Of a stretch of 64,000 nucleotides of DNA, positions 32,887 to 41,994 are shown in pieces. The notes below the pieces were generated by a model. The model worked only from the letters and a program-made list of their open reading frames with translations, had not been told where the DNA came from and ran no database searches. A program made the position numbers and the translations under genes. The stretch comes from Roseibacillus sp. (GTDB taxonomy: Bacteria > Verrucomicrobiota > Verrucomicrobiia > Verrucomicrobiales > Akkermansiaceae), in assembly GCA_965242925.1 (NCBI GenBank), contig CBDEUM010000030.1, positions 256,001 to 320,000 on the forward strand, in the 5' to 3' direction. Each line of letters starts with the position of its first letter. Position 1 is the stretch's first letter.

Positions 32887-33023
32887 GGGAATCGGGGTGG
32901 GGAGAACTCCAGGCAGGTGCCTGGGGCCGGGTAGACTCATTACCCGACCCGAGCAAGAGTTTTCCCCTGCGCCTCCCCTGATCCCTCTTGACCTTGGAGC
33001 CGCCCGATCAGACATTCTACTGC

Positions 33024-33524
33024 ATGCGCCCATGCATCTCCACCGTTGTAGTTTGCGTAGGTTTAATACTAACCTCCTGCGAGACAATTCCTCCAAATTA
33101 CGGAACTCCTAACATGGGAGGCCCCGGCAAGGAAGAACGCAGGGAGGCGATTGCGGTTGAGCAAACGGGAGACTTTTACATCGGGCGTCGCTATCATGTG
33201 AACCGAACATGGTGGTGGGGGTATCTCCGACGCCCACGCCAACCCTGGTCCAAGGCCCAACTCGTGGTCTTTAACCAGAGCGTCAAACGGGCTCCCGACA
33301 ATCTGACCCAGAGCGGCCCTTCCGGCGCACACTACGCCTACGACAACAACTACGAGTATCGCATCTGGGGCTCCTTCACGGGCGAGGATGTCTACGAACC
33401 AAACAGCAACCAATTCCTCCCGGAGTTCCGCCTCGCCGACTACCAGCGTATCGATCCTGACCCAGGGTGGCTTTTTCATCCGAGCGATCACTACGATCCT
33501 CTCCGGTTGACCCTGAAGCCGTAG
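33024..33524 (+). CDS. Hypothetical lipoprotein
   Basis: Lipobox LILTSC; aromatic-rich mature domain. Confidence 0.75.
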   Translation: MRPCISTVVVCVGLILTSCETIPPNYGTPNMGGPGKEERREAIAVEQTGDFYIGRRYHVNRTWWWGYLRRPRQPWSKAQLVVFNQSVKRAPDNLTQSGPSGAHYAYDNNYEYRIWGSFTGEDVYEPNSNQFLPEFRLADYQRIDPDPGWLFHPSDHYDPLRLTLKP

Positions 33525-33696
33525 GATCGGAATGGCCAATTTGTCCACAATCCGCATGTAGGTCCTCAATCTCCAGCCGGAATCCGCATTCTTCTGGCCC
33601 ATTTCCCCAACTCAGTATGGGGGGTGTTTCTCTTTTTTTGAACGAAAACTCTCCCGAAGACACAAACTTTGTGTCGCAAAGTTTGTCTTGGCGAGC

Positions 33697-34404
33697 ATGT
33701 CACAGGATCCCTATCACATTCTACCCATTCCGGCTCTCTGCCGGGGTGAACAAGCACTCCTCTCTTCCTGGATCGAAGGGACCCGGCCGGGCTCCCTTCG
33801 CATCTGCGCGATCCTGATCATTCTGGGCTGCGGGGCCTACGGGTTCACCATCGGATACCGCAACGGCTGGGAAATGGCCGGCTGGGTGGCTCTCAAGCTC
33901 CCCGCCATCATCTTTCTCACTCTCTTTGTAAATGGTCTCCTCAACGGAATGATCGGGTTGATCCTGGGAAGTGGCATCGGATTCCGCCAGAGTCTGCAGT
34001 TTCTTCTCACCGGTTTTGCCATCATGAGCGTGATCGTAGGCGCGCTCAGCCCGGTTACCTTATTTGCCACCCTCAACATGCCGGCTCCTGGAGCGGAGAA
34101 CAGCTTCGACTGGCACGCTCTCAACCTGCTCCTCCACACTGCGATCATTGCTTTTGCCGGAACCCTTGCCCACTGGCGCCTCCTTCAATATGTGCGCGCT
34201 TTTGCGAATTCCCGTCGGACCGGGACATTCACCTTCTGCGCCTGGCTGGCCGGCAATCTCTTTGTGGGTGCCCAGATCTCGTGGAATCTTCGCCCCTTTT
34301 TCATCTCGCCTGGTCTGGAAGTTGAATTCCTCCGACCCGACCCCTTTGACGGCAGCTTCTATGAAGCCGTCTTCCATGCCTTCCGCAGGATCTCTCCCTT
34401 GTAG
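33697..34404 (+). CDS. Multi-pass membrane protein (paralog of next gene)
   Basis: 5-6 hydrophobic segments; ALKLP...AQISWNLRPF. Confidence 0.75.
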   Translation: MSQDPYHILPIPALCRGEQALLSSWIEGTRPGSLRICAILIILGCGAYGFTIGYRNGWEMAGWVALKLPAIIFLTLFVNGLLNGMIGLILGSGIGFRQSLQFLLTGFAIMSVIVGALSPVTLFATLNMPAPGAENSFDWHALNLLLHTAIIAFAGTLAHWRLLQYVRAFANSRRTGTFTFCAWLAGNLFVGAQISWNLRPFFISPGLEVEFLRPDPFDGSFYEAVFHAFRRISPL

Positions 34405-34434
34405 TCAGAAAGAAAACACCAAGCCGAAACAGCA

Positions 34435-35250
34435 ATGAACGAAGAGCCTACAGACGACACCCCGCCCCCTCCGCTTCCTGGCCAACCGAAGCCGTCACCT
34501 GGAACTCCCCGGGACGAATCTGCCCGCAACAGATCACAGGCGAGCTTCGTAGAAATGGAGGGGGATAAAACCATCTCCAACACCATCAACACTCTCCTCA
34601 GAAAGCCTCTCTCCCTGGTCTACACCATCGAGATGGAAAAGAGAGCAGATGGTCGGAAAATCCTTCTTCGACTCCTTTGCATCAGCATTACCTGTCTGGC
34701 CATTTTCGGGCTGGTGGTGGGAACTTTCTCCTGGAACCACCAGCTCTGGGCCGCTCCCCTCAAGATTGTCGGCGGCCTCCTCTTCAGTGGCCTGCTCTGC
34801 CTTCCCAGTCTCTACATCTTTGCCTGCCTCGGGGGTCTGGACGTCAGGTTCCGCACCATCGTGGGCATTCTGTGCGGATTGATCGCTCTCTCCGGACTCC
34901 TTCTGGTGGGCTTTGCGCCGGTTGTGTGGCTCTTCAGCGTATCAAGCACCTCGGTCACCTTCCTCGGATTTCTTCTCCTGACCCTGTGGATCATCTGCGC
35001 CAGTCTGGGCCTGGCACTGGTCTTTCGTGCCGGTCGGGCCCTCGGCATGACCAACACGGGACATCTTGTGGTCTGGTGCGGGGTGTTCCTTCTGGTCACC
35101 CTCCAGATGAGCACCACCCTCCGCCCCATCCTGGGAAGCCAACAGGGGGAGAAGCTCGTGGACTTTGGTGAAAAGAAATTTTTCCTCTCCCACTGGGGCG
35201 AACAGTTGCGCGGCGAACACAGGGAGAACCTCCGCGAGAAGGAGCAGTAG
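34435..35250 (+). CDS. Multi-pass membrane protein
   Basis: Hydrophobic segments; PLKI...LCLPSLYIF...LQMSTTLRPI. Confidence 0.75.
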   Translation: MNEEPTDDTPPPPLPGQPKPSPGTPRDESARNRSQASFVEMEGDKTISNTINTLLRKPLSLVYTIEMEKRADGRKILLRLLCISITCLAIFGLVVGTFSWNHQLWAAPLKIVGGLLFSGLLCLPSLYIFACLGGLDVRFRTIVGILCGLIALSGLLLVGFAPVVWLFSVSSTSVTFLGFLLLTLWIICASLGLALVFRAGRALGMTNTGHLVVWCGVFLLVTLQMSTTLRPILGSQQGEKLVDFGEKKFFLSHWGEQLRGEHRENLREKEQ

Positions 35251-35307
35251 TCCCGGCACCACTTCCCTGTTCCCGCTCCGGAAAGATGGACCGCCACCGG
35301 ACCTTCT

Positions 35308-36792
35308 TCAGTATTTCTTCCACACCGTCGGGACGAACAGAACCAGCACGACATACAACTCCAATCTTCCCAGCACCATCAGAAGGGAAAGGAGCACCTG
35401 GGTGGTGGGATACAGATGGCCATAGTTTCCGGCGGGGCCCACTTCTCCGTAGCCGGGTCCGATGTTCCCGAAGGTCGCCAGCACCGAGGACACCGTGGTA
35501 TCAAAATCAATTCCGTGTGCAGTTTCAATAACTGCCACGATCACCATCGACACGAGAGCTATCAGCGCGAAGAGAGCCACAAAGAGCACGGTCTGCGCCC
35601 GGAACACGTCATCAATGGGGTTGCCATTCACCTGCATCCGCAGGATCTGGTTCGGCCGAAAGGCTTTCACGATCTCCTGCCAGGCCGCCCGTAACAGGAG
35701 GATGAGGCGGCTCACCTTCATGCCGCCTGAAGTCGATCCCGCGCAACCACCCACCAGCATGAGAACCAGCAGAATGAAGTAGATGGCTACCGGCCACTGT
35801 CCGTAGTCGACAGTGGCGTAACCGGTCGTCGAGGCAATTGACACAATGGTGAAGGCCGCACCCCGCAGGGACTCCCCCGCGCTCATCCCTCCACCCCATG
35901 ACCCCACCGCCCACATGCCGAGAATCCCCATCAACACGAGGAAAAAGTACCAGCGAACCTCTTCCAGACGCCGGAGCCGCTGCCAGTTCCGCTTCACGAT
36001 CATGAGATAAATCAGGAAACTCGTGCTGCCCAGGATCATGAAGAGCTCCAGCCAGATCTCGATGAAGAGGCCGTTTGCCAGGTCGGAAAAATGCGCGATG
36101 CTGTTGTTGTGGGGACTGAATCCTCCGGTAGCCACCGTGGTGAAGGCATGGGCCACCGCATCGAACCAGCTGAGACCCAGCCCGCGCAGTCCCAGGAGAC
36201 ACACTGCCGTAAGGCTGAGGTAGATTTTCAGGAACAACAGGGCGGTATCCTGGATCCGCGCAGTAGATGCCTCACCGGACTGGAAGGAGGACTCGTTTCG
36301 AAAGAGGGACTTTGCCCCGCCTCCGATGCTGGAGAGGAGAGCCACGAAGAGAACGAGGATCCCCAACCCTCCCAGCCATTGCATGACTGCGCGCCAGAGA
36401 AGAATACCCCGAGGCCACTCACTGAGATCAGCGATCACGGTCGACCCCGTGGTCGTGAAGCCGGAAACTGACTCAAAGAGAGCGGCCGTGGGAGCAAGAC
36501 GAGGCTCTCCCAGCAGAAAGGGAATCGCACCAAAACATGCACTGAGCACCCAGCCCAGCCCCACAATCAGCACGCCCTCCCGCCGGGGAATCCGGTCGAG
36601 GGTGCTCCTTCCGGAAACCATGAGAATGATGCCTGCCACAAAGGTGATCCCCCCCGCAATCATCAGCGGCATGACTCCTGCGCCATGCGGATCGACAGGG
36701 TCATAATAGGCAAAGACGCCGCAGGCCACCATTGCCACGCTTTCCAGGGCAAACAACCAGCCGAACACCTTGGCCATCAAGCGGAAGTTCAT
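35308..36792 (-). CDS. trkH: TrkH potassium uptake permease
   Basis: FESVSGFTTTG, QWLGGLG, TGGFS, GGCAGSTSGGMK, GNIGPG, GRLE. Confidence 0.96.
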   Translation of the reverse strand: MNFRLMAKVFGWLFALESVAMVACGVFAYYDPVDPHGAGVMPLMIAGGITFVAGIILMVSGRSTLDRIPRREGVLIVGLGWVLSACFGAIPFLLGEPRLAPTAALFESVSGFTTTGSTVIADLSEWPRGILLWRAVMQWLGGLGILVLFVALLSSIGGGAKSLFRNESSFQSGEASTARIQDTALLFLKIYLSLTAVCLLGLRGLGLSWFDAVAHAFTTVATGGFSPHNNSIAHFSDLANGLFIEIWLELFMILGSTSFLIYLMIVKRNWQRLRRLEEVRWYFFLVLMGILGMWAVGSWGGGMSAGESLRGAAFTIVSIASTTGYATVDYGQWPVAIYFILLVLMLVGGCAGSTSGGMKVSRLILLLRAAWQEIVKAFRPNQILRMQVNGNPIDDVFRAQTVLFVALFALIALVSMVIVAVIETAHGIDFDTTVSSVLATFGNIGPGYGEVGPAGNYGHLYPTTQVLLSLLMVLGRLELYVVLVLFVPTVWKKY

Positions 36793-37005
36793 ACTCTCTT
36801 CTTACTGATCATTCCCCCGCTGTGTGATGAGGTGTTCACCCGGGACAAGACTCCCGCCGCAGGGCAGAATCCGGACGAGAGCGCAGGCCCATCCTGCTGG
36901 CTTCCCCCGCCTGGATACGAATGCACGAATATCCTCACGGCCGGGACTGCCCAGTATTTTTCACTCCTCGATCGAATGTTCTCCATCACTCCGGAACCGC
37001 CCGGT

Positions 37006-38379
37006 TCAATGCAGCAGTTTGAGCAGTTTCTTGAGCACCTTCGGGGAAACCATGGCGTAAATGTGGTCGCCCGCTTCCACCACATCATCGGGACCTGGCA
37101 CAATAGCTTTCAACCCCCGCAGCAATCCCACCAGGACTGACCCGGCAGGCCAGTCAATTTCACTAACCTTCATTCCCGCTGCCTTGGCCTTCCTGCCCAC
37201 ATTGGTTCCAATCACCTGACCGGCCGTGAACTTCTTGGCTACATAGTATTTCTCACCGGTCAGATAACGTTCAATGTAGCGTCTGGTCGCCTCCCGCGGA
37301 CTGACCGCGGCCACTACTCCAAACTGTCGGCCACTCGATCCAATCGCGCGCGCATAATCCGCCCGGTGAATGATGGTCAGGCAATTCTTGACCCCAATAT
37401 CATTAGCCTGCAGGCACGTCATCACATTGTCCTCATCACTCGAACTGGTGGCTACGAAGAAATCAGCCTGCCCCACCTGTTCCTCCTCCAGCTCCGCCAC
37501 CACCGTGGCATCAGCATTGATCACGGTGGTATCGCTGAGCCGCTCGGTCAGTTCCTGGCAGATCTTCTCATCCTTCTCGAAGATCCGGACCCGGCAGGAC
37601 TCCCAGCTCTCCAGCCTCTGTGCCAGGGCAAACCCGTATTCCCCGCCTCCGAAGATCACCACCCGCATCGTCTCGGCGCGCTTGCCGCCCTGCTGCAGGC
37701 TCTCCGCCAGATTCCGCAGACGCCGCGGCTCCCCAAAGATAGTGGCCACGTCACCTGCCTTGAGGACTGACTCCGCATCAGGCACGATACTCTCACCCTC
37801 CCGCGTGATCGCAACTACCCGTGTGCGCTCGGGCACCTTCAGATCCCTGAGGGTTGTTCCGGCCGCATCGCTCTTCGCCCCTACCCGGACCTGCTGAACC
37901 TCGATCTGGTCCGGTGCCAGTTGCTCAGCCTCTACCCTGAGCGAGTCCGGGTTGCGGATGAACTTGGCCAATTCGATTGCGGTCAGGCGTTCCGAACTGA
38001 ACAGATCATCGATTCCAAAGTGCCCTCGAAAGTCAAACAGCCACTTGTCCCGCTCAAGGCCCGGATGAACCCGGCTCAGCACCTTCTCCACGCCCATCGC
38101 CTTGGCCATGGAGCCACTCATCAGATTCACAGTATTCTCGCTGGTCAGAGCGAGGAAGAGGTCGCACTCCCCGATATTGGCCTGCGCTAATGCAGACGGG
38201 CTGCTTCCATCATCGCAGATCACCTTGGCATCGATCCCTCTCTCAAGCTCCGCCACCAATCGCGGGTCCGAATCAATCACCGAGATGCTGTGTGCCTCCC
38301 GCGCACCTTCCCGGGAACGTGAAAGCTCCGTGGCCAAGTGCCGGCCAATCTCTCCGGCTCCGACGATAATGATGTTCAT
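37006..38379 (-). CDS. trkA: TrkA potassium uptake NAD-binding subunit
   Basis: Two RCK_N (IIVGAGEIG; IFGGGEYG) plus RCK_C domains. Confidence 0.94.
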   Translation of the reverse strand: MNIIIVGAGEIGRHLATELSRSREGAREAHSISVIDSDPRLVAELERGIDAKVICDDGSSPSALAQANIGECDLFLALTSENTVNLMSGSMAKAMGVEKVLSRVHPGLERDKWLFDFRGHFGIDDLFSSERLTAIELAKFIRNPDSLRVEAEQLAPDQIEVQQVRVGAKSDAAGTTLRDLKVPERTRVVAITREGESIVPDAESVLKAGDVATIFGEPRRLRNLAESLQQGGKRAETMRVVIFGGGEYGFALAQRLESWESCRVRIFEKDEKICQELTERLSDTTVINADATVVAELEEEQVGQADFFVATSSSDEDNVMTCLQANDIGVKNCLTIIHRADYARAIGSSGRQFGVVAAVSPREATRRYIERYLTGEKYYVAKKFTAGQVIGTNVGRKAKAAGMKVSEIDWPAGSVLVGLLRGLKAIVPGPDDVVEAGDHIYAMVSPKVLKKLLKLLH

Positions 38380-38661
38380 AAGAACAGCCCTCGGCCGCGT
38401 TGTTATTCTCCCAGTCCCCCGGGAGCATGCCAGCAAAATCTCCCTAACGGGACACTACCACTTCATAGTTAGTGGTTTAAGATAGATGGGGCCACCTGAT
38501 CTACCGGACCAGGACGGACATTCGTCTTGGGAATTCGGCTCACCAGACGCTCCCGCAGCTCCTCAAATCCGCGTCCTCGTCGGACCGGCGAAAGACCGAC
38601 CTGCCATGCGGTCAGCCTTGCAGCCAGAGCCGATGTAACCTATCAAATATGCTTGCGGTGA

Positions 38662-41600
38662 ATGATGAAGAAAACCGCGCCTCTCTTGGTATTTTTTCAG
38701 ACACCTCTGCCACGCCGAACAGTGACCTCTTCCCCGCTCTCCCTCCTCGTCGTCGTCTCTCTCCTCCTCTGCTTTTCCCCCCCCTCCTCCTCCCAGGAAG
38801 AGGAACCTGCCCCTCCTGCCGCCAAGGATGGCCAGAACGACCCGACCCTGGAACAATATTACGTCGCCAATGGGGCCTACAACCGGAAGCTCTATCCGGT
38901 TGCTATTCAGCAATATCAGGCCTTCCTCGGCACGCATCCCGAACACGCCAAGGCTGACCTGGCCCGTCGCGGGCTCGCCCTCAGCCACTATGCCTCCAAG
39001 CAATACAAGGAAGCAATCGACCCCCTCTCCGCCCTCCTGGGAAAAGAGAAGCTGGATCCCGCCATCAGCCGCGAACGTCTCGTCATGATGCACGGCCAGT
39101 GCCTCCTCATCACCGGCGAGAAGGACAAGGCCAAGGCTCTCTATGCCGCTGAACTTGCCAACCTCAAGACACCCGCCTACCTCCACGCTGCTCTCGCCTC
39201 CGTCTCAGACGTGAGTTTCGGCGCGGCCCAGTGGGCTGAGGTGGTCACCTGGACGGGCAAGCTCCTCGGCGCCCAACCGAGCAAAGCCCAGGCCGCTCGC
39301 GGTTACTACCAGCAGGGCTACGCCCACTATCAGCTCAAGGATCCGGAAAAGGCCATCGAAGCACTCTCCAAGATCGAAGGTTTGGAAGCGGACTCGATCT
39401 GGATCACGCGGGGTCTCTATCTTGCCGGCGAGTGCTACAATCAGTTGAAGAAATCCCAGGAAGCCATGCAGGCCTTCCAAAAAGCCCTCCCGGGGCTCAA
39501 GGACAAGGATGCCATCGAATGCCGCTACCGCCTGGGCCTCACCCGCTTTGTCCTCAAACAGTATGAAGAATCGGCGACCGATCTGGCAGCCTACCTTGAA
39601 GCGGCCGCAGACGGCCCTCACGCTACCGAAGCGCAACTCTACCTCGCTCGTACTCACCTTGAACGCGGATCCTTTGAGACAGCCGGAACGCAACTGAAAG
39701 CCCTCGCCGAGGAGACCAGCAAGGTGTCGGCCCGGGCCAACCTCTGGCACGCAAGAGTCTACACCCGCCCGGAGACCAAGGATTACACCACCGCTGCCAC
39801 CATCCTGGCCACCGCCACCGAAACCTACGCTGAATCCCCCATCATCAATGATCTGCGCTTCGACTACGCCAACGTCCTGATGGCCAAGCCTGAACCCGAT
39901 TGGCAGAACGCCCTCGCCTCCCTCGCCCTCCTGAGCGCTGCTGAGAGTTTCGGTCAGCAGGCTGAGGTGCTCAACCAGACCGCCGTCTGCCAGCAGAAAC
40001 TCAAGCAGTATGAAGAGAGCCTGGCCTCCAACAACAAGTTCCTGGCTGCCCATGCCGAGCACCGACTGGCTGGAGAAGCACGCTTCATGAAGGCCGAGAA
40101 CCTCTTTCTCCTGGGTAAACTGGAGGAGGCCTCCAAGGGGTATGCCGAGTTCCTCTCCGCCCACGCCGACCATCCCAACAAAATGGCCGCCGGCTTCCGT
40201 CAGGCGCAGATCCACCACGCTACCGGTCGCTGGGCCGAATGCCTCAAGGCTGCCACCGCCATCGCCGCCAACAAGCCCGAGGGTCCACTCTACGGTCAAC
40301 TCCCCTTCATGATCGGTGACTCCCTCTTCCGGCAGAAGAACTGGAAGGAGTCCATCGCCCCGCTCTCAGAATTCCTCGCTACCAGAGTCGCAAAAACCGA
40401 CGAGGGCCGGACTGTGAAGGCCGAACCGAACGTGGACACTGCCCTCATCCAGCTCGCGGTCTGCCATGACCGCAGTGGCAACAAGGAAGCAGCCCTCGAT
40501 CACCTCGACACGGTCGTCAATCACTACCCCGGCCAGTCCGGCCAGTTACCCCTCGCTCTCGCGGAGCAGGGACGCCTCGCCTACGAGGGCGGAAATCTGG
40601 AACTCGCACGTGCCGCCCTCGAAAGGTTCCGCACCATGGACAAGCCGGAGAACGAACTCTTCGCAAAATCGGCCCCCAGGCAACGGCCCCGCGTGAATTA
40701 CTACCTCGGCTGGATCGAAGCGGTCGCCGGTAAGCATGCCGCCGCTGCCGCCAACTTCAATGCCGTGGTCCAGACCCAGGCCAACCATCCCCTCGCTGCC
40801 GACGCCGCCCTTCAGCACGGCATCGCCCTGTTCAATGCAGGCACCTTCGATAAGTCCACCACGCAGTTCCAGTCGGTCCTCCAGCAATACGAAAAGCACC
40901 CCAAGCTCGCCCGCGTGGTTTACCACCTCGGACTCTCGCTTTCCCGCCAGAAGGAATTGGCCCAGGCTGCCAAGCAGTTCCAACGTATCAACGAAGAGTT
41001 CAGCAAGTCGGACTTTGCTGACCATGCGCTCTACGAGTGGGCCTGGTGCGAACGTGGAACAAAACGGCAGAAGGAAGCCATCGATCTCTACAATCTTCTT
41101 CTCAAGAATCATCCCGAGAGCTCCCTCGCGCCCAAGGTGCAGAGTGAACTGGCTGAACTCAATGTTGACAGCGGGGCACAGGACCAGGTCATCGCAGACC
41201 TCTCCGCCACCCTGGAGAAAGTGAAGAAGGAACCCCTCCGCGAGGAACTGCGTTATCAACTCGCCAGTGCCCACTTCAAGAAGGCCGATCACACCAACGC
41301 GGCCGGACAGTTCGAAAAACTGCTCGAGGACTACCCCCAGTCCAGGTTTCTCGCTTCCATGCATTTCCAGGCCGGGGAATCGCAACTCCAGCTCAAACAG
41401 ATCGAACAGGCTCAGGCCCACTTCGCCGCGGCAGCCATGATCCAGGGCAGCCCACAGTCCCTGGTCGAATCGATCACCATGCGCCTGGCCGAAACACAGG
41501 CTCTCACCGGGCAGCACAGCGAAGCCGCGGCCTCCTACCAGGCCTTCCTGGAAAAATTCCCGCAGAGCCGCTGGACCCGGAACGCGCGCTTCGGGTTTGC

Positions 41601-41964
41601 CTTCTCCACCGAGAACGCCGGCGATCCCACCACCGCCCTCGCCGAATATTCCAAAATCCTCGACGAACCGAAAACCGACCTCTGGACGGTGCGCAGCCGC
41701 TTCCAGACCGGCTCGTGCAATGCCAAGCTCGAAAAGCACGACCAGGCCGTGATCGATTTCGTCAAGGTCGAGATCAGCTACCCGCAGTATCCCCGCTGGC
41801 AGGCGGAAGCCGTGCTCGAAATCGGACGCATTCTCCTGTCCCAGAACAAACCTGAACAGGCCAGGGAACGCTTCCAGGAAGTAGTTTCGCGTTTCGAGAA
41901 GGAAGAGGCGGCCGCCACTGCCAGAAAGCTCCTCACCCCGGCCACCGCAAACGGCTCAAACTGA
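38662..41964 (+). CDS. Secreted multi-TPR protein (YfiO/CpoB-like repeats)
   Basis: Signal-like N-terminus; ~25 repeats of A.Y..G..Y......A...F..FL..YP pattern; start uncertain. Confidence 0.9.
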   Translation: MMKKTAPLLVFFQTPLPRRTVTSSPLSLLVVVSLLLCFSPPSSSQEEEPAPPAAKDGQNDPTLEQYYVANGAYNRKLYPVAIQQYQAFLGTHPEHAKADLARRGLALSHYASKQYKEAIDPLSALLGKEKLDPAISRERLVMMHGQCLLITGEKDKAKALYAAELANLKTPAYLHAALASVSDVSFGAAQWAEVVTWTGKLLGAQPSKAQAARGYYQQGYAHYQLKDPEKAIEALSKIEGLEADSIWITRGLYLAGECYNQLKKSQEAMQAFQKALPGLKDKDAIECRYRLGLTRFVLKQYEESATDLAAYLEAAADGPHATEAQLYLARTHLERGSFETAGTQLKALAEETSKVSARANLWHARVYTRPETKDYTTAATILATATETYAESPIINDLRFDYANVLMAKPEPDWQNALASLALLSAAESFGQQAEVLNQTAVCQQKLKQYEESLASNNKFLAAHAEHRLAGEARFMKAENLFLLGKLEEASKGYAEFLSAHADHPNKMAAGFRQAQIHHATGRWAECLKAATAIAANKPEGPLYGQLPFMIGDSLFRQKNWKESIAPLSEFLATRVAKTDEGRTVKAEPNVDTALIQLAVCHDRSGNKEAALDHLDTVVNHYPGQSGQLPLALAEQGRLAYEGGNLELARAALERFRTMDKPENELFAKSAPRQRPRVNYYLGWIEAVAGKHAAAAANFNAVVQTQANHPLAADAALQHGIALFNAGTFDKSTTQFQSVLQQYEKHPKLARVVYHLGLSLSRQKELAQAAKQFQRINEEFSKSDFADHALYEWAWCERGTKRQKEAIDLYNLLLKNHPESSLAPKVQSELAELNVDSGAQDQVIADLSATLEKVKKEPLREELRYQLASAHFKKADHTNAAGQFEKLLEDYPQSRFLASMHFQAGESQLQLKQIEQAQAHFAAAAMIQGSPQSLVESITMRLAETQALTGQHSEAAASYQAFLEKFPQSRWTRNARFGFAFSTENAGDPTTALAEYSKILDEPKTDLWTVRSRFQTGSCNAKLEKHDQAVIDFVKVEISYPQYPRWQAEAVLEIGRILLSQNKPEQARERFQEVVSRFEKEEAAATARKLLTPATANGSN

Positions 41965-41994
41965 TAACCTCCAACTCCTCCCGCCCCGAGCGCC

